Source of the DNA: Macrostomum lignano
Taxonomy: Eukaryota
DNA length: 64,000 bases
NCBI GenBank assembly: GCA_002269645.1
Contig: NIVC01000376.1
Location: forward strand, 310,001 to 374,000
Direction: 5' to 3'
Shown here piece by piece: positions 11,601 to 23,600 of the stretch (positions within the stretch are counted from its first letter, which is position 1; each line of letters opens with the position of its first letter). The notes below the pieces were generated by a model. It was given only the letters and a program-made list of their open reading frames with translations, did not search any database and was not told the DNA's origin. The translations under genes were made by a program, and so were the position numbers.

Positions 11601-14600
11601 GATTCCAAGTGCAGTCACATTTAATATTGGGACTAAATTGGAATCTCGGCTTGGCTCTGCTCATGCAATTAACGCCCGGCCCAGATTGAGGGCCAACCCC
11701 CAAGGCACAGTGAAGTGTACATGCCTAACGATAATATAAAGTTAGGGCCGCTGTACACTCCTGTGTGAGTGTGTGCCTGTGCGAATGACTGCGTACGTTT
11801 CCGCGCGCCGCCGGTTGTGTGACAATGTCGCTTTAAGTGCGCCAGGTGGGCTGCTTTCACAAACGCAAAATTTCACAACCGCTAAATCACCTACTTTCAC
11901 AACCGCGAAACTTCATAACCGCGAAACTTCACAACCGCTAAAAAGACTGCAGTATATGAGAGTAAGTAAAAAATTTTTAGCGGTTGTGAAGTTTCGCGGT
12001 TATGAAGTTTCGCGGTTATGAAAGTAGATGACATTTAGCGGTTGTGAAGTTTCGCGTTATGAAGTTTCGCGGTTATGAAAGTAGATGACATTTAGCGGTT
12101 GTGAAAGTGACTGCAAAAAATTTAGCGGTTGTGAAGTTCCGGTAGATGACATTTAGCGGTTGTGAAGTTCCGCGTTTGTGAAAAGTGACTGCAGAAAATT
12201 TAGCGGTTGTGAAGTTTCGCGGTTGTGAAAGTGACTGCAAAAAATTTAGCGGTTGTGAAGTTTCGCGGTTGTGAAAGTGACTGCAAAAAATTTAGCGGTT
12301 GTGAAGTTTCGCGTTTGTGAAACACACCCCGGCAAGTGCCCGCGCAGCCCCCAGTCTCCTGATAAAAGCTAGGCTTTTCAGTTTCGGCCATAGACACTAT
12401 AGGCAGCAATTTCTAAGAACCAATTAAAACTCGGATTAAATTCAAGTACATTAATTCAGATATCTCGCATTTTATTTGTTAGAATGATTAGCCCGCTAAT
12501 ACCAAAACTTGCGCCTGGCGCGCCTATATATATAAAGTTTTTTTTGGCTAGACTAATAGACTAAGTAACTAATGCTATATGCTACTAAAATGTGTTATTC
12601 GAAAATTTTACCGACGTACTTTCATATTTCGATCCATTCGGCTACCCCCCCCCCAGCGTGCAAAGCTCGGAAAGCCTGAACTGTCGGCAGGTGATCGCAC
12701 GAATTCGCGACTTCTACATGGCGCCCGTAATTCGATTCGTGTACAATACGGTGAGGACCGAGAAATTGCTTGCCATGCTACTCACTAGCACAGTTGTTAG
12801 CAGTGTAGCTCAGATAGGAAACATGTAAATTTCAGAGATTATTTTTAAGGTACCGCTTTGAGTGTTGAAATATTGTCATAAGCTCATTCATGGCTTCACA
12901 GTTTCGAGTTTAGAATATTAAAGTTTGAGCTTAAAGCTTTTGAAGATTGGAGCTTAGCTTTTGAGGCTTGAGCTTAGCTTTTGAGGCTTGGAGCTTAGAT
13001 TTTGAGGCTTGGAGCTTAGATTTTGATGATTCGAGCTTAGATTTTGAGGCTTGGAGCTTAGATTTTGAGGCTTGGAGCTTAGATTTTGAGGCTTGGAGCT
13101 TAGCTTTTGAGGCTTGGAGCTTAGCTTTTGAGGCTTGGAGCTTAGCTTTTGAGGCTTGGAGCTTAGATTTTGAGGCTTGGAGCTTAGCTTTTGAGGCTTG
13201 GAGCTTAGATTTTGAGGCTTGGAGCTTAGATTTTGAGGCTTGGAGCTTAGATTTTGATGATTCGAGCTTAGATTTTGAGGCTTGGAGCTTAGATTTTGAG
13301 GCTTGGAGCTTAGCTTTTGAGGCTTGGAGCTTAGCTTTTGAGGCTTGGAGCTTAGATTTAGAGGCTTGGAGCTTAGATTTTGAGGCTTGGAGCTTAGCTT
13401 TTGAGGCTTGGAGCTTAGATTTTGATGATTCGAGCTTAGATTTTGAGGCTTGGAGCTTAGATTTTGAGGCTTGGAGCTTAGATTTAGAGGCTTGGAGCTT
13501 AGATTTTGAGGCTTGGAGCTTAGCTTTTGAGGCTTGGAGCTTAGCTTTTGAGGCTTGGAGCTTAGCTTTTGAGGCTTGGAGCTTAGATTTTGAGGCTTGG
13601 AGCTTAGATTTTGAGGCTTGGAGCTTAGATTTTGAAGATTCGAGGTTAGATTTTGAGGCTTGGAGCTTAGATTTTGAGGCTTGGAGCTTAGATTTAGAGG
13701 CTTGGAGCTTAGATTTTGAGGCTTGGAGCTTAGCTTTTGAGGCTTGGAGCTTAGCTTTTGAGGCTTGGAGCTTAGATTTAGAGGCTTGGAGCTTAGATTT
13801 TGAGGCTTGGAGCTTAGATTTTGAGGCTTGGAGCTTAGATTTTGATGATTCGAGCTTAGATTTTGAGGCTTGGAGCTTAGATTTTGAGGCTTGGAGCTTA
13901 GATTTTGAGGCTTGGAGCATAGCTTTTGAAGATTCGAGCTTAGATTTTGAAGATTCGAGATTAGATTTTGAAGATTCGAGCTTCCACCCCCTTGCAGATC
14001 TCCTACGTGGCATTTCTAGTCATATTCAGCTACATGCTGCTGTACGAGCTCACTCACGCTATTAAACCTCTGGAGTACGTGGTGATCGGCTGGATGGTCA
14101 CCCTGCTTCTAGAGGAAATCAAGCAGGTGAGGCATTGCTTGATTATAATTTCTTGAAAAAAAGTTGATCACATCCATGAGAAAACAAAGAAGAATTAAAT
14201 CGTTAATTTTTGTCACACCTTCATTTTTCGCCCCTATTTCAGATATTAACAGTACGTCAGAACCCTTCCAACAGCGCTGTGTCCCGCCCTTTATAGCACC
14301 CCTCCCAGCGACTCTATATTACGCACACTACTATTATTAGTATGATGCAAGAGTAATCATTTTTAGTTTTCTCTTTTTTCCGTTTTCGTTGAATTGAGTT
14401 TCTGATCTGGTTAAAACAGTTTTCCTATTCGGTGATAGAGATTCGCACTCATGCTACTTATTAGTAACAATAGTACGCGCACAGTTTTGACTCTTGAAAC
14501 AGCTAGGCGTGCTTCTTTTAGAGGCAATTAGAAGTTACAATTATTCGTCTAACTATTAGTCTCTGGAATTTAGTTTAATGCGACTATATCGCTTCCCGTA

Positions 14601-17600
14601 TTCGTCACACAGTTAGAGACTTAGCAATCTAAAGTTGTCGTTGCATCGCTTCCATCATATGATATTGTAATGTTGAGTTTATCAGCAATTATATAAATGT
14701 TACTTGTTTACAGAAATGTACTAATATGTCTGAACATGGATCATACGGATATCAAAGTTGAGGGTACGAATGGGGGGGAGAGTTCAGATAAGAAATGATC
14801 GATAATAGGGTGTATGGGAACGCGTGGAAGGATTGGGTGTCGAGATTTGGGTAGGAATTGAGGAAGAGAGAAAGAATTAAGAAACGAACGATAATAGGGG
14901 GTGTGGAAAGGCGTGGAAGGGGTGGGTGTCGAGAATGGGGTAGGAATTGAGAAAGAGAGAGAATGAACGAGCGATCATAGAGTGTGTGGAAAGGCGTGGA
15001 AGGGGTGGGTGTCGAGATTGGGGTAGGAATTGAGAAAGAGAGAGAATGAACGAGCGATAATAGGGGGGTGTGGAAAGGCGTGGTAGGGGTGGGTGTCGAG
15101 ACTGGGGTAGGAATTGAGAAAGAGAGAGAATGAACGAGCGATAATAGGGGGGTGTGGAAACGCGTGGTAGGGGTGGGTGTCGAGATTGGGGTAGGAATTG
15201 AGAAAGAGAGAGAATGAACGAGCGATAATAAGGGGGTGTGGAAAGGCGTGGAAGGGGTGGGTGTCGAGAATGGGGTAGGAATTGAGAAAGAGAGAGAATG
15301 AACGAGCGATAATAGGGGGTGTGGAAAGGTGTGGAAAGGGTGGGTGTCGAAGGAATGGAGACTGAGATCAGATAAGGAACGATTGTCATCGGGTGTATAA
15401 TACACTGTAGCGCCCAAATTTTGAAAATATAATTATGACGGAACTTGCTTAACCACACATACACAAGTTAGCTAATCCCAACAACCAATTATTCAAAAAG
15501 ACGCGATGTACTTCCCTTGGTTAGCTTCATAGTTTTCCAAAAGTGCGTTTGCATGCAAGTATCAAAGATTAATCATAAACTGGGTGTTGTATCCTGTCTG
15601 TTTATTTCGATTATTACGCCTAGATGTTGCTAAATGAGTCTGTATCTCCAGATTAGAAATGCCTGCTCGTTATCATTGCGCAAAGGAAATTGTATGCAAA
15701 AACATGTTGTTGCTGATGTTTATGAAAGTCCCAGCTGGATTATACGGGCTTATTAGTGAAAGCCCACTTCGCATTGTTATGATACAACTAGTATCCAGGA
15801 AATTTCGTTGCTATCACCAATTTTTTTAAGATTGCTGGAGTTTCCCGTTGCTGTAAATGCATATAGAGAGATTTCTGTTGCTATAGAAACATTTCAAAAA
15901 ATCTTCGTGGTAATGAAAATAGTTATAGAGATTGCCTCTCTAATATATATAAAAGTATCTAGAAGATACCCATTGCTAGGGCAATTATTTTTTTAAATAT
16001 GAGCGTATAAATTGCTATGGAAGTATCTAGGGAAATCCCTAGTTGCTATGAAAGTATCTAGGGAAATCCTGGTTGCTATGGAAGTATCTAGGGAAATCCT
16101 GGTTGCTATGGAAGTATCTAGGGAAATCCTAGTTGCTATGGAAGTATCTAGGGAAATCCCTAGTTGCTATGGAAGTATCTGGGAAAATCCTAGTTGCTAT
16201 GGAAGTATCTAGGGAAATCCTAGTTGCTATGGAAGTATCTAGGAAAATCCTAGTTGCTATGGCCAACCACAGTTGCTAGGGGAGATACTTAAAGCAGAAA
16301 TACTTCACTCCCAAAGTAAACCACCCCCAATCAAAAACGCAGGCCACAATGTCCGGCATCAGCTTCTCAACGTACATCTCGGACAGCTGGAACAAGCTGG
16401 ACTGCATAGCTGTCGGCCTGTTCACTCTGGGCTTCATCTTGCGCATGATCTCCCTGATAAGCGACGTCCAATCAGACGAGCCCGGCTATGACGTCATTCT
16501 GACTAGCGAGTTCTTCATCATAGCGAGAATCTGCTACGCTTTCAGCTTGTTCGCTTACTACATCAGGCTGATGTACATCTTCAGCTTCCACATCGCCCTG
16601 GGGCCCAAGCTGATCATGATTGGCAAGATGGTCATCAACGATCTGGTGCCGTTCATGGTCATCCTGTTGGTCTTTGTCCTGGGCTACGGCGTGGCGGCCC
16701 AGTCCATCGCCTACCCAACGGGTCTCTACACCCCGGAGATCGATTACAACAAAACTTTTCCGCCAAGGATGAGCCAAATGGAAGTGTTGGTCAACTTTTT
16801 GACCAAATCCTATTTTCAAATGTTTGGCGAATTTTCGTTGGAGACGGTCCAGGCTAGGGGTGAGTTCCTTTGAAACTTTGAATTCTATAATCAAAATCAG
16901 CCAATCATTAAGCAGTCAGAGTCAACCAATCAGCTTCAACCGATCAGAATCAGCCAATCAAAACCAGCTAATTATAATTAACCAATAGGAATTTACCAAT
17001 CAGAACGTACCAATCGCAATGGACCACTTAGAAACAATAGATTGGAACCAACCAATCAGAATCGATTGATCGGAACCAACCAATCAGAACTAATAGATCG
17101 TAACCAACCAATCAGAATCAATAGATGGGAACAACCAGTCAGAATCGATTAATCGGAACCAACCAATCAGAATCAATAATGGATCGGAACCAACCAATCA
17201 GAATCGATCGAGTTGAACCAACCAATCAAAATCCATCGATCGGAAGCAACCAATCAGAATCGGTCAATTAGCATTGACTAATAGGAGTTCCAAATGTACT
17301 TATACAGAACCGACCAATCAGAGCTGACTAATTAAACCACTGCCTTATAATCTGAGATTAAACCAAATTCCAGATGACGGATGCAAGAATGACGGCCAGT
17401 GCCCTCACTGGACGGCCACCTGGCTGGTTCCCGTGATGCTGGGAGTGTATGTCCTGCTAACCAACATCCTCATGTTCAACCTGCTGATTGCCATGTTCTC
17501 CAGCACCTATGAGCTCATCAACCAGTTCTCGGCGTTGCACTGGAACTACCAGCGGTACAGCATGATCAAGGAGTACATCGAACGGTCGCCATTGGCGCCA

Positions 17601-20600
17601 CCTTTGATCTTCATCTGGCACGCGTACCAGCTGGGTTTCTACATCCAGCTGCGCTACAACGGCCTCAGGCGGTCGGACCTGTACGACCCGCTGAAAATCA
17701 AGTACATCGACAACGTGAAGAAAGAGCGCGAGCTCATCAAGTGGGAGCACATGAAGGCCATGGACTACTTGAGAAATGGCCAGGAGGCTCAACAGAAAAG
17801 TCGGGGCGGTCGAGGCGATTCAAAGTCGATCATCGTCAGAACCTCGGGACCGCAGCCGGCCGCTGGAGGCGGTCAGTCGATGTTTCCCAGTGCTGCGATG
17901 GACATGGCCAAGCAGATGACGGATGCCACCAGTGGCATCGGCATGGAGCTGGAGAAGAAGTTCAAGGTGCAATTTCCGTGTCTGACAGAATGGGATTTCC
18001 CTGTCTGACAGGCGGGATTTCCGTGTCTGAAAGGCGGAATTTCGGTGTCTGACAGGCGGGATTACCGTGTCTGACAGGCGGGATTTCCGTGTCTGACAGA
18101 ATGGGATTTCCCTGTCTGACAGGAGGGATTTCGGTGTCTGACAGGCGGGATTTCCGTGTCTGACAGGAGGAATTTCGGTGTCTGACAGGCGGGATTTTCG
18201 TGTCTGACAGGCGGGATTGCCTTGTCTGAAAGGCGGAATTTCGGTGTCTGACAGGCGGGATTACCGTGTCTGACAGGCGGTATTTCCGTGTCTGACAGAA
18301 TGGGATTTCCCTGTCTGACAGGAGGGATTTCCGTGTCTGTATCTAACAGCTCAGTTGTGTATCTAACAGCCCAGTTGTGTATCTAACAGCTTAGCTGTGT
18401 ATCTAACAGCTCAGTTGTGTATCTAACAGCCCAGTTGTGTATTTAACAGCCCAGTTGTGTAACCAACAGTCGTGTTCCTTGTCTCCCCAGGGTGTCGACA
18501 CTCAGTTAAACAAACTCGGTGCGGATTTGGACGGTCGGGTCGGCGAGCTGTCTACAGCAGTGCAGGGCGTCTCCCAGCTGCTGGCGTCAGTGCAGGAGAC
18601 TCAGCGACAGATTCTCGAAAAGTTGGGTGAGCGGCCCACGGAGCCCATTCCTGCTGTGGACCCGCAGCTCGAGTCGCGAGTACGCAGTGTGGTGCTGGAG
18701 ATGTACCAGGCGCCGCCGGCCTGGTTTGAGGAGGCGGCCAGACAGGCTGCATCAGCGGCTCTGCAGGTGAGAGGAGCGGCGAAGATTTTTCACATCTTTC
18801 CACATCTTTCCATGTAATTCCACATTTTTCCAAATATTTCCACATCTTTCCACGTCTTTCCATATCTTTCTACATCTTTCCATAGCTTTCCACATATTTC
18901 CACATCTTTCCACGTCTTTCCACATCTTTCCACATATTTCTATGTTTTTCCACTTTTTTACCACATTTTCCACATCTTTCCATATCGTTCTACATCTTTT
19001 CATATCTTTCCACGTCTTTCCACATCTTTCCACATCATCTTTCCACGTCTTTCCACATATTTCCACATATTTCCCACATCTTTCCACGTCTTTCCATATC
19101 TTTCCACATCTTTCCACATCTTTCCATCTATTTCCACGTATTTCAACGTCATTAAACGAATTCCCACACACTTTCACCGTCAAGACCACGCCGGTGTCGG
19201 TGCGGGAGCTCGGATCCCCGGTGCTGGAGCGGCTTCGCCCGGTTCAAGCGCCGCCGCCGAAGCCGCCGACGCCACCGCCTCCCCCGCCGGAGGAGCCGCC
19301 GAGCCCGGAGGAGGAGAGCAGCAGCTCCGAAAGCGACGACGACGACCGGACGACGGTGCGGCCGCAGGTGGACGATCCGACAACCGGCCGGATCATCCAG
19401 TACTTGACTTCTGATCACCGTCTGTGGCGCTACGCTCCCTTCAACTTTGAGCAGTACCCCGGCATGCGGATGAACGTGCCGCCCGACCGCATTCCCTGGG
19501 AGGTGGGTGGCGCTGGCTGGGTGGCTTCAATTTTGGTAGCGCCAATGGGGATAGCGCCGGTGGGGATGGCGCCGATAGAGATGGCGCCAAAGGGGTTGCC
19601 GATGGGGACGGCGCCGATGGAATGGCGCCGATGGGGTGGCGTTTTATGGAGGTGGCGCCGATGGGGTGGCGTTTTATGGAGGTGGCGCCGATGAGGTGGC
19701 GTTTTATGGAGGTGGCGCCGATGGGGATGGCGCCGATCGGTGTGGGGCCGGTGGGGGTGGCGCCAATGGAGATGGTGGCGCCGATGGAGATGGCGCTGGT
19801 GGGGTGGCGTCAATGGGGTGGCGCCGATGGGGTGGCGCCGATGGGGGTGGCGCCGATGGGGGTGGCGCCGATGGGGGTGGCGCCAATGAGGCTGGCGCCA
19901 ATGAGGCTGGCGCCAATAGAATTTACACAGCCAACGGTCATCTCCGCTCCGCTCCAACCGCAGATCGAATATCGGGAATATTTTGCATTTGACGCATCAG
20001 ACGAAGTGCTGGTCTACCCGGGACCGGACGCTCACGACAACCCGTCTGTGTGAGTTCACCTGCAGATTCTTGTAGCCAGCGATTGTTCTTAAAATTTTCC
20101 ACATAATATTCTATTATAAATACTTGATAGTTTCAATCACCACTAATGATAGTACACCAGCGCATAATTATCGATCACACAAGCCCTTAATTATCGATAA
20201 CACTAGCCCTTAATTATCGATGACACCAGCCCATAATTATCGATAACACCAGTCTTTAATTATCGATAACACAAACCCTTCATTATTAATAACACCAATC
20301 CTTTATTATCGATAACACCAGCCCTTAATTATCGATGACACCAGCCCATATTATCGATAACACCAGCCCATATTATCGTTAACACTAGCCCTTAATTATC
20401 GATAACACTAGCCCTTAATTATCGATGACACCAGCCCATATTATCGATAACACCAGCCCATATTATCGTTAACACTAGCCCTTAATTATCGATAACACTA
20501 GCCCTTAATTATCGATGACACCAGCCCAAAATTATCGATAACACAAACCCTTCATTATTCATAACACCTATCCTTAATAATCGATCACACAAGCCCTTAG

Positions 20601-23600
20601 TTATTGATAACACCAGCCCTTCATTATTGATAACACCAATCCTTAATTATCGATAACACCATCCCTTAATTATCGATGACACCAGCCCATATTATCGATA
20701 ACACCAGCCCATATTATCGTTAACACCAGCCCTTAATTATCGATAACACTAGCCCTTAATTATCGATAACACCATCCCTTAATTATCGATGACACTAGCC
20801 CTTAATTATCGATAACACCATCCCTTAATTATCGATGACACCAGCCCATATTATCGATAACACCAGCCCATATTATCGTTAACACCAGCCCTTAATTATC
20901 GATAACACTAGCCCTTAATTATCGATGACACCAGCCCATAATTATCGATAACACCAGCCTTTAATTATCGATAACACTAGCCCTAATTATCGATAACACC
21001 AGCACTTCATTATTGATAACGACAAATCCTTAATTATTGATAACAACAATCCTTAATTATCGATAACACTAGCCCTTAATTGTCGATAACACTAGCCCTT
21101 AATTATCGATGACACCAGCCCTTAATTATCGATAACACTAGCCCTTAATTATCGATGACACCAGCACTTCAATATTGATAACGACAAATCCTTAATTATT
21201 GATAACAACAATCCTTAATTATCGATGACACCAGCCCATAATTATCGATAACACCAGCCTTTAATTATCGATAGCACTAGCCCTAATTATCGATAACACC
21301 AGCACTTCATTATTGATAACGACAAATCCTTAATTATTGATAACAACAATCCTTAATTACCGATAACACTAGCCCTTAATTATCGATGACACCAGCCCTT
21401 AATTTTCGATAACACTAGCCCTTAATTATCGATGACACCAGCCCTTAATTATCGATGACACCAGCCCTTTATTATCGATAACACCAATCCTTAATCATCG
21501 ATTTCGGCAAACCCTTAACTATTGATGACACCAGCCCTTAATTATCTACAAAATCAACCCAAGAATCGACAATTTACACTCCACTCCAACTTATCCAATA
21601 CAATAGACTCAAAATACCAACAACTCAAGCTAAAAGATTGTTCCAAATTTTTATACCCATTAAATGACAGCACAGATTCCATTATCGATGCTACAGACAT
21701 TAGGCTCTTTTAGTTGGAGAAAAACTTTGAAAATTAGTTATCGCTCAATTACGCAATTTTCTCGCATCACACTACTATCAGCGGCACAAATTGAATCTGC
21801 AATCCGCAGGTCGGTCCACTCGCTGCCATTCAACCAATACGACAGCGCGCACAAGCTCCGTCGCCAGAGCATGATGGGTCGCTACCGGCTAGACTCGAAC
21901 TCCGGAGCACCGCTCAACCCGATGGGCCGGACGGGGCTGAAAGGCAAAGGCCTGCTGCCCAGGTGGGGCCCCAACAACGCTGCCGTGGTGGTCATGACCC
22001 GCTGGAACCGGGCGCCATCCGGGGCGGTCATCCACCGGCTGGGCAAGCCGATCCTGCAGGTGGTGTCGCTGTTCCGCCACAAACAGTTCTGCCTGCCCTG
22101 GGTGAGTGGACTGGGACGGGGATGGTGGGGGTGTCTAGGAAGGTCCTTGTACCCTCACATCCATGAGCAACGCTGGGGCACGCACTCATACACACGCTCA
22201 CACAAGGTGTACAGCAGCACCTTTTTTACTTTCGAATCGTCAGGCATTGTACACACAGTCAGGAATTATACTTTTAGTCCTGGAGCACAGATACTAGAAT
22301 AACTACTAGCAATCAGCGCCCCCCGTTGGGGAGCCAAAAAAATGCAGTACAAGTTTTTTTAATAAACTACATGTAAGCGTCTCTTTGCATTATACCTTGT
22401 AAGCCTTGACATGTCAGAAAATCCCCCCACAAGCCTTAGCATATCAACCCCCTTGACATCTTAGCAATGCCCAATAAGCCTTGCAATCTTAAAAAATCTG
22501 TCAACCTTCTAACCCTAACCCTAGCCTAACCCTAACCCTAACCCTAACCCTAACCCTAACCCTAACCCTAAAGCATTGACATTTCAGTAATTCTCTCCAA
22601 CAGTCATGATAGCACTACACTTACTAAAATATACTTACTTTAGATATACTTACTAAAATATAAACTGAATTGAGTTTGTATTTTTAAAGCCAAGGCTCAT
22701 TTATTGCCTCTTATCCAATTAAACCCTCCAACCGCGCCTTTCCACACAAACCTCTACCCCCGCCCCGCCCCAATTTTATTGCCTTTCTCGGAATTCCAGC
22801 CTAAAGCGGCCATGTACATTTCAGTGGACTGGCTAGATGTACATTATTGCTGAACCAATTAGCAAGTTGTTTATGCGCCTGCAAGCTTGGGCTTCTAAAC
22901 TTATCAAAGTCATTTTTGCAGCCTTTTTTATAAAATAGCTTATGTATTCTTCTTTGCTACTGAACTGAAAGTAGAAAGCTGTTTTACTAAGTATTATATG
23001 CCTGTTTTACTAAGTTATTTTAGTATCTGTGGTCGTGGAGCAGGGTCAGATGGGTAACATTAAAGGTCACCTTGAAGGTCACCAAATTTAAGTCGGCCTT
23101 GGCAATCAATCAGCCAATCATAATTTAACCTGCCAATCAAACTCCGCACCCGCAGTACCTCACGGATCACCAGTCGCACTGCGACTACGACCAGTGCGTG
23201 GCCCAGTTTCTCAAAGTCTTCGTCAGTCGGCGATTGAAGCAGCTGATGCAGCATAGGGGCGCTCGCCAGGAGATCACGGCAGTTCAGAAGGGAAGAGCGG
23301 AACAGGTACGAAGTCGTTGTTGGTTCCTTGGGGCCACAGGCAGCGGAAAAAAATAAACATTTTCGAGTTACAACAAAGCGGATAAATTTGATTGCGCTTT
23401 TGTAGGCAATTCGGCATTCGGAAACTGATTTGGTATGAATGAAGAATTCATAAATCGCGAATAAAACTTTTTAGTTGGAAATGATAGTACTTTTAAAATA
23501 AGTTTTTACTATTCCTTAAATTTTATTCCGTTGAATACGTTCTGCCACCCTATCAAGTGGTTCTTATGTTTCTGTTTACCTGAATTTTAGTTTTTCTTTT

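Noticed and set aside
14752-15464. 221-aa and 195-aa minus-strand ORFs
   Set aside because: Products of the 75-bp minisatellite.
18752-19992. Overlapping ORFs such as WKDVERCG and MAPMG repeats
   Set aside because: Intronic minisatellite translations or shadows of TRPM exons.
23060-23254. 64-aa minus-strand ORF
   Set aside because: Antisense to TRPM exon 23156-23305.
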